Of a stretch of 48,010 nucleotides of DNA, positions 27,528-35,819 are shown in pieces. This DNA is from Ignavibacteriales bacterium. Its GTDB lineage: Bacteria; Bacteroidota; Ignavibacteria; UBA10030. Made by a program: the position numbers and the translations under genes. The first letter of the stretch is position 1, and the number at the start of each line of letters is the position of its first letter. The DNA lies in NCBI GenBank assembly GCA_016207415.1, contig JACQPT010000061.1, forward strand, positions 1-48,010, read 5' to 3'. Below the pieces are notes generated by a model that had not been told where the DNA came from, did not search any database, and saw nothing but the letters and a program-made list of their open reading frames with translations.

Positions 27528-27854
27528 TCATGCCGCAGCACTCAACTCTTCCTCCCGCTTGACCATGTCAATGGTTTCCCAGGGGCAATATTTTGCGCAC
27601 AACTTGCACCCGATGCACACCTCTTCATCGACAACAACGACACCGTTCACGCTCACATAACCGTGTTCTTCAGGATTTTCGGGACCCGGAATCTTGTACA
27701 GGCAGTCTACCGGACAGAATTCTATGCACACCTCGCACCCCGTACATCCTTCCGGATGCACAATCGCCACGAGCGGAGATTTCTTTTTTTTCTTTTCAGA
27801 AACAGCAGGGGCAGCTTTCGGCGCGGCGGCAGGCTGGGGAGCCGGGATCGTCAT
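27528..27854 (-). CDS. 2[4Fe-4S] ferredoxin
   Basis: CTGCEVCIEFCP and CIGCKLCAKYCP; no export signal. Confidence 0.9.
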   Translation of the reverse strand: MTIPAPQPAAAPKAAPAVSEKKKKKSPLVAIVHPEGCTGCEVCIEFCPVDCLYKIPGPENPEEHGYVSVNGVVVVDEEVCIGCKLCAKYCPWETIDMVKREEELSAAA

Positions 27855-27870
27855 TGGTTCACAGTGTGAA

Positions 27871-27892
27871 AATGGAAGTGATTCTCATTCTC
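27871..27892. promoter_or_regulatory. Fur-family-like operator just downstream of the respiratory operon promoter
   Basis: Minus strand GAGAATGAGAATCACTTCC matches 14/19 of the classical Fur box GATAATGATAATCATTATC; AATG...CATT dyad at 27871-27889. Confidence 0.4.
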
Positions 27893-27907
27893 AGAAACTC
27901 ACTTGCG

Positions 27908-27936
27908 AATATACTAAAGCTTCAAGCTATTGTCAA
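27908..27936 (-). promoter_or_regulatory. Putative sigma70 promoter of the ferredoxin-bc-cox operon
   Basis: Perfect TTGACA (27931-27936), 17 nt spacer, TATATT (27908-27913) on the minus strand. Confidence 0.75.
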
Positions 27937-27986
27937 GAAAAAATCCCCAAACGACGATGCCGATTGATGTTGCGTATTTCAACACC

Positions 27987-28015
27987 TTGCACTCTCTTTT
28001 CCAAAGTTGTATATT
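27987..28015 (+). promoter_or_regulatory. Putative sigma70 promoter of bshC (divergent)
   Basis: TTGCAC (27987-27992), 17 nt spacer, TATATT (28010-28015). Confidence 0.6.
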
Positions 28016-28047
28016 GACACCGCACTTCACATCGCTCATCGACGATT

Positions 28048-29712
28048 TTGCCTTCCCAAGAACATAAGATCCTCAACTGGGTTGACTATCGGGACCTCTC
28101 GTCTTCCGACAGTGCATTCTCAAGGCTCTTCCTGGATTACGTCAACGATTACCAGAAAGTACAACAATTTTACGGCGGCAACTTTCGGAATGAAGAGGAT
28201 TGGTCGAGCGTCATCAAACGGGTTCAAGAACGTCCGCTCAAACGGTCGACGCTAGTTCAGATACTTGCCAACCAAAACCGGAACTTTCATTGTGGAGTCA
28301 AGACTCTTGCCAACATCGATTCTCTCGTCAACGACACAACGTTTGCCGTCGTTACGGGACAACAGGTAGGTCTCTTCACGGGTCCTCTCTACACGATTTA
28401 CAAGACTCTCACCACCATGAAACTCGCGGAACAGCTCACCCGAAGGTTTCCTGATTTCAGCTTCGTTCCCATTTTCTGGCTTGAAGGCGAGGACCATGAC
28501 TATGAAGAAGTCAGCAAAATTAACGTTCTGAACAGGTCCAACGACCTCACAACACTTCAATACATGATTTCAGGAAAGAGCGCCGAAAAGAATGTAGGAG
28601 CCGTCGGCGCGCTGCAGTTTGACGATGGTCTTGTGAGTTTCTTTTCCCAGGTCGAACAGGCGTTGACAGAGACGGAATTCAAGCCGAAAGTTCTCGACCT
28701 CTTCCGTACCGCTTATCAGAAAGGGATGACGTTCAACAGGGCTTTTGTTCACTTAATGAACGTCCTCCTCGAAGATTCAGGCCTGATTTTTCTCGACCCC
28801 TCCGATGTCGAATTGAAAAAACTTCTTGCGCCCATCTTTGAGCGCGAACTGACCGAGACGCCTCGAACAAGTCAGCTCGTGATCGATCAAAGCGCAGAAT
28901 TAGAGAAACAGTACCACGCTCAGGTAAAACCGCGGCCGATCAATCTTTTCTTTTTTCACGAGGCCGGCCGTTATCCGCTGGAGCCACACCCCGACGGCTT
29001 TGCTCTCAAAGGTACGCGACAACACTTTTCGAAAGAACAGATGCATTCCTTTCTCCAGACCTCTCCCGAGCGTTTCAGTCCCAACGTCGTCCTTCGGCCC
29101 ATCTGTCAGGACTCTTTCCTCCCGACGGTCTCATATGTGGCCGGGCCGTCGGAGGTCGCATACTTTGCACAATTCAAGCCCTTGTACAAGGCCTTTTCCA
29201 TCCCTGAACCAATCATCTATCCCCGTGCCAGCATCACCATCATCGAAGAAAAGGTGGAAAAAGTCTTCCAACGTTTTTCGTTGCAATTTGTAGATTTCGT
29301 CCGCGACGTTGAGATTGTGAAACAGAGAATTGCCGCGCAAATCTCCGACGTTGACCTGGAAACTCTCTTCTCCAACCTCGGCAACTCCATTGCGGCATCG
29401 CTTGACACGTTGAGGGACCCTCTCCAGGGACTCGATCAGACACTCATGGGTGCTTTGGAAAATACCCGAGGGAAGATGAGATCAAACGTGGATGGATTGA
29501 GGCAAAAGGCGGTGGCTGCACAAAAACGGCAGCATGAAGTGTTTCTGCGGCAGATTGACAAAGCAGCCGTCCATGTCTTTCCTGAGTCGGATTTTCAGGA
29601 ACGGAAGATTAACATTCTCTATCTTTTAAACAAATACGGCCTGGAATTTGTCCGCTGGCTCTACAGTGAAATTCAGATCGACAAGTTCAAACATCAGGTC
29701 ATCAAGCTATAA
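28048..29712 (+). CDS. bshC: Bacillithiol biosynthesis cysteine-adding enzyme BshC
   Basis: VVTGQQVGLFTGPLYTIYK, FWLEGEDHD, SPNVVLRP, YVAGPSEVAYFAQ, FQER. TTG start uncertain. Confidence 0.92.
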   Translation: MPSQEHKILNWVDYRDLSSSDSAFSRLFLDYVNDYQKVQQFYGGNFRNEEDWSSVIKRVQERPLKRSTLVQILANQNRNFHCGVKTLANIDSLVNDTTFAVVTGQQVGLFTGPLYTIYKTLTTMKLAEQLTRRFPDFSFVPIFWLEGEDHDYEEVSKINVLNRSNDLTTLQYMISGKSAEKNVGAVGALQFDDGLVSFFSQVEQALTETEFKPKVLDLFRTAYQKGMTFNRAFVHLMNVLLEDSGLIFLDPSDVELKKLLAPIFERELTETPRTSQLVIDQSAELEKQYHAQVKPRPINLFFFHEAGRYPLEPHPDGFALKGTRQHFSKEQMHSFLQTSPERFSPNVVLRPICQDSFLPTVSYVAGPSEVAYFAQFKPLYKAFSIPEPIIYPRASITIIEEKVEKVFQRFSLQFVDFVRDVEIVKQRIAAQISDVDLETLFSNLGNSIAASLDTLRDPLQGLDQTLMGALENTRGKMRSNVDGLRQKAVAAQKRQHEVFLRQIDKAAVHVFPESDFQERKINILYLLNKYGLEFVRWLYSEIQIDKFKHQVIKL

Positions 29713-29724
29713 GCTTCTTGCGTC

Positions 29725-31008
29725 CTAGTGGCCGGACAGTCTCACAAGCTCGTCCCAAAATCCGCGGTAAGAGATCTCGACAGATTGGGACGCCCGAACT
29801 ACGACTCCAGGGATTGCAAGCCCTGCCACGCCGAAAGCCATGGCGATCCTGTGATCCCCAAAACTCTCGATCTCCGCACCGCGCAAATCCTTTGTCGGGC
29901 CAAATTCGAACCCGCCGGGATATTCCTCAACATCAACACCGAGTGAGCGAAGATTCACGACGATCGAATGAATTCTATCTGATTCCTTGTGGCGAAGTTC
30001 CTCCGCTCCTGTGACGGCAAACGATAAGCCGGCCACTGCCGCTGTCACCGCAAGAATCGGGATTTCATCGATCACACCGGGAATCACTTCTTTCGTCAGG
30101 TCAAACTGAGCCCGTAATTCAGAAGCCTTCACCCGCAGATCCCCAAGCGGTTCACCACAAACCACACGTTCATTCTCTGAAGAAATTTTCGCGCCCACGT
30201 TCCTGAGGACATTCAGAAAGACAGTACGTGTCGGATTAAGCCCCACGTTGTGAAGGATAAGCTCTGAACCAGGAAGGATGAGAGCGGCCGCTATAAAATA
30301 GGCCGCGGAGGAAATGTCGGCGGGCACGACAAACGACCGGGGATCGATCTGATGAGTTCCTGAGATTGAAGTTATTCTTCTTCCGTCCTTCAGTTCGGTG
30401 TGAAGTCCCAGCATCCGTTCCGTGTGGTCACGCGCCGTTTGTTTTTCGATGACCCGAGTTATTCCGTCCGCAAACATACCGGCAAACAAAACGGCAGATT
30501 TCACTTGCGCGCTAGCGACGGGGAGCTCATAGTCGATTGAAGAAAGCCGGCCTACTCCTTCAATGTTCAGTGGAGCAGTGAAGCGCTCGGAACTTCTTAT
30601 GCGTGCTCCCATTTTCGCCAGCGGTGCTATCACTCTTTCCATGGGTCTCCGACTGAGAGATTCGTCGCCGACGAGCTCCGAAGAGAAGGTTTGCCCGGCC
30701 AAGATTCCAGAGAGGAGCCTCATCGTAGTTCCTGAATTTCCGCAGTCGAGTGGGCCGGCGGGCCTTCTGTAGCCGCGTTTTCCCCTTCCTATGATGGTCG
30801 TCTTTTCACCGCTCCGCTCAACTTCCGTTCCCAGGCTTCTTATGCAGGCGAGCGTGTTCTCCGGGTCTGCGGCGGAGGATAGTCCTGTGATCTCGGTTGT
30901 GCCGTCGGCAAGAGAGCCGATGAGAAGTGCCCGATGTGAAATGGACTTGTCGCCGGGAACCGTCACCGTTCCGCGAATGGATTTTGCTTTTTGAACCTGA
31001 ACGTCCAT
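29725..31008 (-). CDS. aroA: 3-phosphoshikimate 1-carboxyvinyltransferase (class II EPSPS)
   Basis: PGDKSISHR, GNSGTTMRL, SAQVKSA, RDHTERM, ELRHKESDRI, DHRIAM. Start placed at ATG 31008. Confidence 0.96.
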   Translation of the reverse strand: MDVQVQKAKSIRGTVTVPGDKSISHRALLIGSLADGTTEITGLSSAADPENTLACIRSLGTEVERSGEKTTIIGRGKRGYRRPAGPLDCGNSGTTMRLLSGILAGQTFSSELVGDESLSRRPMERVIAPLAKMGARIRSSERFTAPLNIEGVGRLSSIDYELPVASAQVKSAVLFAGMFADGITRVIEKQTARDHTERMLGLHTELKDGRRITSISGTHQIDPRSFVVPADISSAAYFIAAALILPGSELILHNVGLNPTRTVFLNVLRNVGAKISSENERVVCGEPLGDLRVKASELRAQFDLTKEVIPGVIDEIPILAVTAAVAGLSFAVTGAEELRHKESDRIHSIVVNLRSLGVDVEEYPGGFEFGPTKDLRGAEIESFGDHRIAMAFGVAGLAIPGVVVRASQSVEISYRGFWDELVRLSGH

Positions 31009-31095
31009 AAATGAAGAATCCTCACAACCTGATTTCAATCCGGTGTGAGGATTTGGTTTATTGTCTTATCCAAGAACTATCAAGGAGAAACTTTC

Positions 31096-31208
31096 TGTCA
31101 TTCCGTCGGATTTTTAGACGCCTGCCCGCCTTACGGACTTTAAGGCAGGCGGGGAATCCAGATAATTGCTCTTTCCTGGACTCCTGCTTAAAATCTGCAG
31201 GAGTGACA
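31096..31208. repeat. REP/REPIN-like inverted doublet with a nested 33-bp palindrome
   Basis: Ends TGTCATTCC / GGAGTGACA; inner GGAATCCAG / CTGGACTCC; each arm forms an 8-bp hairpin; palindrome 31121-31153 interrupts the left arm. Confidence 0.7.
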
Positions 31209-31227
31209 ATTGAATTTTCAAATAGCC

Positions 31228-33423
31228 CTAATGCCTGGGCCGATGCGGGCCGCGATCGCGGTGGGGCTCTTTCCCGCGATCTCTATTCCCATCCTTGCGC
31301 CTCTCCCGCGCTTTTTGCATTTCCTCTCCCGCATTCTCGCCTCCCGGAAGAAGAGCTTTACGACTGAGATTGAGTCTTCCTTCGGAATCGATGTTCATCA
31401 GCTTTACTTCGATTTTGTCACCCAGTTTGACGAGGTCTTCCACCTTCTCGACCCTTTTCACGTCGAGCTGGGAAATGTGGACAAGGCCTTCTTTGCCCGG
31501 CAGAATTTCCACAAAAGCTCCAAAGTCCATGATCTTCTTCACCGTTGCCTGGTACACTTTGCCGACTTCGGGCAACTCGACCAATCGCTGGATCATGGAA
31601 AGCGCTTTGTCAGCCGATTCCTTCTCGACTGCGGCGATCGTCACCGTTCCGTCGTCTTCGATATTGATCTCCGCGCCGCTGTCCTTGACAATTTGCCGGA
31701 TATTCTTGCCGCCGGGGCCAATGACGGGTCCGATCATATCGACCGGTATCATGATGGTTTGGAGTCTTGGTGCATATTGCGAGAGCTCCTTGCGGGGCGA
31801 GGCAATCGACTCTTCCATAATTCCGAGAATATGCATTCTGCCGTCTTTGGCCTGTGCGAGCGCGCCTTCCAGAATGTCAAACGAAATACCTTTGATTTTG
31901 ATATCCATCTGAAATGCTGTAATTCCTTCCTTCGTGCCCGTCACTTTAAAATCCATATCCCCGAGATGATCTTCATTCCCGAGGATGTCGCTCAGGATTG
32001 CCACTTCATTTCCTTCCTTGACCAGTCCCATTGCGATCCCAGCCACAGCACTTTTCATGGGAACACCGGCGTCAAACAGGGCCAAGCTCCCGGCACACAC
32101 TGTAGCCATGGATGAGGAACCGTTGGACTCCAGGATATCGGAAACGACGCGGATTGTGTAGGGAAAATCCTTTTCGAGAGGCACGATGTTCTTCAATGCC
32201 CGCTCAGCAAGATTTCCGTGGCCCACTTCACGACGACCCGGTCCCATCACTCTACCGATCTCGCCCACGCTGAATGGCGGAAAATTGTAATGCAGCATAA
32301 AGCGCTTTGTTGTTTCCGGCAAAAGGCCATCCAGTATTTGCTCGTCCATTTTCGTGCCCAAGGTCGCAGTCGTAAGACTTTGGGTCTCACCACGTGTGAA
32401 CAACGCAGAGCCGTGCGTACGCGGGAGCAATCCAATTTCGCACGTTATCGGCCGAATATCTTTTGTTCCACGACCGTCAAGGCGCTGGCCTTCCTTCAGA
32501 ATTCTTGAGCGCATCGCTCGCTGTTCCAGGTCGTGCAGAACGCCATCAATTGTTTTCTCCAGCTCAGGATATTTCTCCTTTAAGCCAGCTTGGACTTCTT
32601 CGTACACCTTCTTCGTGGCCTCTGAGCGTTGTTCTTTCGCAAGCACTGTGCGGCTCAATTCCTGCAATCGGGTTCCAGCCATCTTCTCCACCTCGACGAC
32701 AAGCTCGGCAGACACTTCCAAAGCAACACTTTTCCGCTTCTGGACCCTGAGAGAATCCGCCAACTCCTGCTGGACTGCGCACAGAGCTCCGACAGCCTGG
32801 TGAGCGACCTTTAATGCGGCGATCATATCGGCTTCCGATATTTGTCTTGACTCACCTTCGACCATGACGATTGAATCGGTAGTCCCGGCGACGGTGATAT
32901 CCATATCGCTTTGTTCAAGCTCAGCATACGTGGGGTTGATAACAAACCTGCCGTCGACCCGGCCGACTCGAACCTCGGCGATCGGGCCGTCAAACGGTAT
33001 GTCCGATACCATCAATGCGGCAGAGGCCGCACACGCTCCCAGCACATCGCCGTCATGCTGGAGGTCCGATGAGTAGACAGTGACGAGGATTTGGGTTTCG
33101 TTGCGATAATGGTCGGGGAACATGGGGCGAATGGGGCGGTCGATGAGTCTCGACGAAAGGATTTCCTTTTCCGTCGGCCTTCCCTCGCGTTTAAAAAAAC
33201 CGCCGGGGATTTTGCCGGCCGCTGAGATTTTTTCGCGATATTCCACCTGCAGCGGGAAGAAATCTTTTTCTTCGTCCGGCTCGGCGGCCCCAACGACGGT
33301 GGCCAGCACCATCGTATCTGCGTACTGCACCATGACGGCGCCGTTCGCCTGCTTGGCAAATCGTCCCGTCTCAAACGTGAGGATCTTTCCGCTAATTTCA
33401 ATTTCTCGTGTTACTACAGACAT
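31228..33423 (-). CDS. pnp: Polyribonucleotide nucleotidyltransferase
   Basis: IPGGFFKREG, RLIDRPIRP, HGSALFTRGETQ, ESNGSSSMA, KH and S1 domains. Confidence 0.98.
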   Translation of the reverse strand: MSVVTREIEISGKILTFETGRFAKQANGAVMVQYADTMVLATVVGAAEPDEEKDFFPLQVEYREKISAAGKIPGGFFKREGRPTEKEILSSRLIDRPIRPMFPDHYRNETQILVTVYSSDLQHDGDVLGACAASAALMVSDIPFDGPIAEVRVGRVDGRFVINPTYAELEQSDMDITVAGTTDSIVMVEGESRQISEADMIAALKVAHQAVGALCAVQQELADSLRVQKRKSVALEVSAELVVEVEKMAGTRLQELSRTVLAKEQRSEATKKVYEEVQAGLKEKYPELEKTIDGVLHDLEQRAMRSRILKEGQRLDGRGTKDIRPITCEIGLLPRTHGSALFTRGETQSLTTATLGTKMDEQILDGLLPETTKRFMLHYNFPPFSVGEIGRVMGPGRREVGHGNLAERALKNIVPLEKDFPYTIRVVSDILESNGSSSMATVCAGSLALFDAGVPMKSAVAGIAMGLVKEGNEVAILSDILGNEDHLGDMDFKVTGTKEGITAFQMDIKIKGISFDILEGALAQAKDGRMHILGIMEESIASPRKELSQYAPRLQTIMIPVDMIGPVIGPGGKNIRQIVKDSGAEINIEDDGTVTIAAVEKESADKALSMIQRLVELPEVGKVYQATVKKIMDFGAFVEILPGKEGLVHISQLDVKRVEKVEDLVKLGDKIEVKLMNIDSEGRLNLSRKALLPGGENAGEEMQKARERRKDGNRDRGKEPHRDRGPHRPRH

Positions 33424-33477
33424 AAGTTCTCTTTCACTTAAAAGTTGCTTGCGGGCGATGTTACCCGCACTCCCGCG

Positions 33478-33747
33478 TTATTTTCTAATGTTGAGTTCCT
33501 GAATGATTTTCCTGTACCGCTCGATATCTTTTCGCTGCAAATAATCCAACAGGCGGCGACGTTTACCGACAAGCTTCAGTAACCCGAGCCGAGAGTGGTG
33601 GTCTTTGCCGTGACGCTCGAAATGCGGCGAAAGAGCGTCGATGTGTGCTGTCAGAATCGCAATCTGGACTTCAGGATTTCCCGTATCGTTCTGCTTCTTG
33701 CCGTATTTCTTGATGAATTCTGTCTTTTGTTCTTTGGTGATTGGCAT
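33478..33747 (-). CDS. rpsO: 30S ribosomal protein S15
   Basis: [36 protein letters not shown]. Confidence 0.98.
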   Translation of the reverse strand: MPITKEQKTEFIKKYGKKQNDTGNPEVQIAILTAHIDALSPHFERHGKDHHSRLGLLKLVGKRRRLLDYLQRKDIERYRKIIQELNIRK

Positions 33748-33792
33748 GCGTGCTCCTTTTCACTTTTGCCGATAAGATAAAAACGAAAATCT

Positions 33793-34734
33793 TTATTGAT
33801 GGAACTCTCGTTGTAACTTCAAGCTCGCTTCTTTATCCTTGTCCATTTGTTGTATGAGCGCGGCGGCGGAATCGAATTTCAGCTCATCGCGCAACCTCCG
33901 GAGAAAATGCAGCTCGATCTCCCGGTCGTAAAGGTCTCCCTCAAAATCGAGGATGTTCACCTCGACGACGCGTTCACCATCACTGTGGAACGTCGGCCGG
34001 ACGCCGATGCTCGTCATACCGAAGCACTTCTTGCTGACTCCCTCAACCCGGACAAAGTAAATGCCATTCCTCGGGATCAGCTTTTTCGAAGAATTCGGCC
34101 GAATGTTTGCTGTGGGATACCCCAGCTCTTTTCCTCTGCCGTCACCACGAACAATCCTTCCGCCCAGGCTGTAGGGCCGTCCGATCAACTCAGAAGCATG
34201 TTCGATATTCCCTTCGAGGAGCTGTCGTCGAATTGCCGAGCTGCTCACGACTTCCTTGCCGACATACACAGGGTCGAGCGCAGTGATGGAAAAACCGAAT
34301 TCCTTCCCCAGTCTTTGCAGTTCCTTGATGTTTCCTTCCCGATCCCGGCCGAAATGGTGGTCGTAGCCTTCAACGACTTCCGAGACACCAATGCCCTCGA
34401 CGACATACCTGACGTAGAACTCGCGAAACGATTGCCGTGAAAACTCATAATCAAACTTGAGAATCAGGAGAACATCGACGCCGGATTCTTCAAAGAGTTT
34501 CTGGCGCTCCTCGACGGTGCTGAGAAGCTGCAGAGGCTCCTTATGTTTCCCGACGACCTCCTGCGGATGGGGCTCGAACGTTATGACGACGCTCCTCCCT
34601 TTCCGGCGCCGCGAACGCTCGACAACCTGCTGAATAATCGCCTGATGGGCACGGTGAAAGCCGTCAAAGGAGCCCACCGTAACGACGGAGTTTTTGTCGC
34701 GCTCGACCCCGCTAAGCTGGAACGCCCGCTTCAT
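33793..34734 (-). CDS. ribF: Bifunctional riboflavin kinase/FAD synthetase
   Basis: GSFDGFHRAH, TFEPHP, SSSAIR, GYPTAN, RLRDELKF. Confidence 0.96.
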   Translation of the reverse strand: MKRAFQLSGVERDKNSVVTVGSFDGFHRAHQAIIQQVVERSRRRKGRSVVITFEPHPQEVVGKHKEPLQLLSTVEERQKLFEESGVDVLLILKFDYEFSRQSFREFYVRYVVEGIGVSEVVEGYDHHFGRDREGNIKELQRLGKEFGFSITALDPVYVGKEVVSSSAIRRQLLEGNIEHASELIGRPYSLGGRIVRGDGRGKELGYPTANIRPNSSKKLIPRNGIYFVRVEGVSKKCFGMTSIGVRPTFHSDGERVVEVNILDFEGDLYDREIELHFLRRLRDELKFDSAAALIQQMDKDKEASLKLQREFHQ

Positions 34735-35449
34735 ATCTTGAGAACTGCTGTGTCCGCAATCGCTGCGCCAGGGCTACGAGCTCTTCTATGGTGGCCGCAT
34801 CCCCAACGCGATACTCACCAATGCGCGTCCGGCGCAACGAAGTGAGACACGCTCCGCAACCCAATTTCTGGCCGAGGTCGTTCACGAGACTGCGAACGTA
34901 TGTTCCCTTCGAACAGGCAGCGCGAAATTCTATGACCGGGATTTCGATTCGAACCGGCTCAAACTGGCGGATTTCAATATCCCGCGGCGCACGCTCGACA
35001 ACCCTTCCGCGTCGCGCGTATTTATAGAGAGGTTTCCCTCCAAATTTCGCGGCTGAATACATCGGCGGGGTTTGCCTCTGTCTTCCGACAAAGGCAGTCA
35101 TGACAAGGCGGACATCTTCCGGCTTCAACTCCGAGACGTCTTTTCTCTCTGTGACTTCTGTTTCCACATCGAAGCTCGGCGTTTGTATTCCCAGCTGCAA
35201 GGTTCCTTCATATTCCTTTGCGAGCCCCATAAATTCTTCAATGCGCTTCGTCATTGGCCCGGTACATACGATCAGGAGCCCACCCGCTTTGGGGTCGAGA
35301 GTTCCGGCGTGTCCCGCCCTGTTCACGTGAAACAGCGACCTCACCTTCTTCACAACATCCATCGAAGTCCAATCCAACGGCTTGTCCACCAGGATCATTT
35401 CACCCGAGCCGTTGAAATCCCAATTCTTTTTCAAAAGCATGTCCTTCAT
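34712..35449 (-). CDS. truB: tRNA pseudouridine(55) synthase (short form)
   Basis: DKP, GHAGTLDP, PPMYSA, CSKGTYVRSL, LRRTRIG. Confidence 0.96.
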   Translation of the reverse strand: MKDMLLKKNWDFNGSGEMILVDKPLDWTSMDVVKKVRSLFHVNRAGHAGTLDPKAGGLLIVCTGPMTKRIEEFMGLAKEYEGTLQLGIQTPSFDVETEVTERKDVSELKPEDVRLVMTAFVGRQRQTPPMYSAAKFGGKPLYKYARRGRVVERAPRDIEIRQFEPVRIEIPVIEFRAACSKGTYVRSLVNDLGQKLGCGACLTSLRRTRIGEYRVGDAATIEELVALAQRLRTQQFSRYEAGVPA

Positions 35450-35817
35450 TCTTCTTTGGAGTCTGTGCGAGATTCTTCGTCTTTGTGGATTTTCTTGAAG
35501 ATTGTCTCAAGGTTCATAGCCTGGTCGATTGTCTCGTCAAGATAAAAAACGAGGGTAGGCGTGAATTTGATGCGAATGTTATGGCCGAGCGTTGAACGGA
35601 CAAAACTCTTCTGCGCCTCGAGCATTGCCAGGCTTTTTTGCTTCCTCGCCGCATCTCCAAAAATGCTGACGTAAATCTTTGCGATTTTAAGGTCAGGCGT
35701 CATGCGCACTTCTGTTACGGTCATGAACCCGTATTCTTCCATGGAGAAGTTGCGTTGAAAAATCGTACTCACTTCTTCCTTGACGATGGAAGCGACTTTC
35801 TCCGTTCGCACCGACAT
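35446..35817 (-). CDS. rbfA: Ribosome-binding factor A
   Basis: TVTEVRMTPDLKIAKIY, TPTLVFYLD. Start placed at ATG 35817. Confidence 0.95.
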   Translation of the reverse strand: MSVRTEKVASIVKEEVSTIFQRNFSMEEYGFMTVTEVRMTPDLKIAKIYVSIFGDAARKQKSLAMLEAQKSFVRSTLGHNIRIKFTPTLVFYLDETIDQAMNLETIFKKIHKDEESRTDSKEE

Positions 35818-35819
35818 CG

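Noticed and set aside
31210-32115. 301-aa plus-strand ORF (similar ones at 23601-24392, 26074-26778, 27024-27869, 36909-37967)
   Set aside because: Antisense shadows of highly expressed genes (pnp, cyt c, petB, petC/fdx, infB) with no recognisable motifs.
33450-33476. GCGGG/CCCGC hairpin between rpsO and pnp
   Set aside because: Only a 5-6 bp stem with no adjacent U-tract; could be a processing site but this is not supportable.
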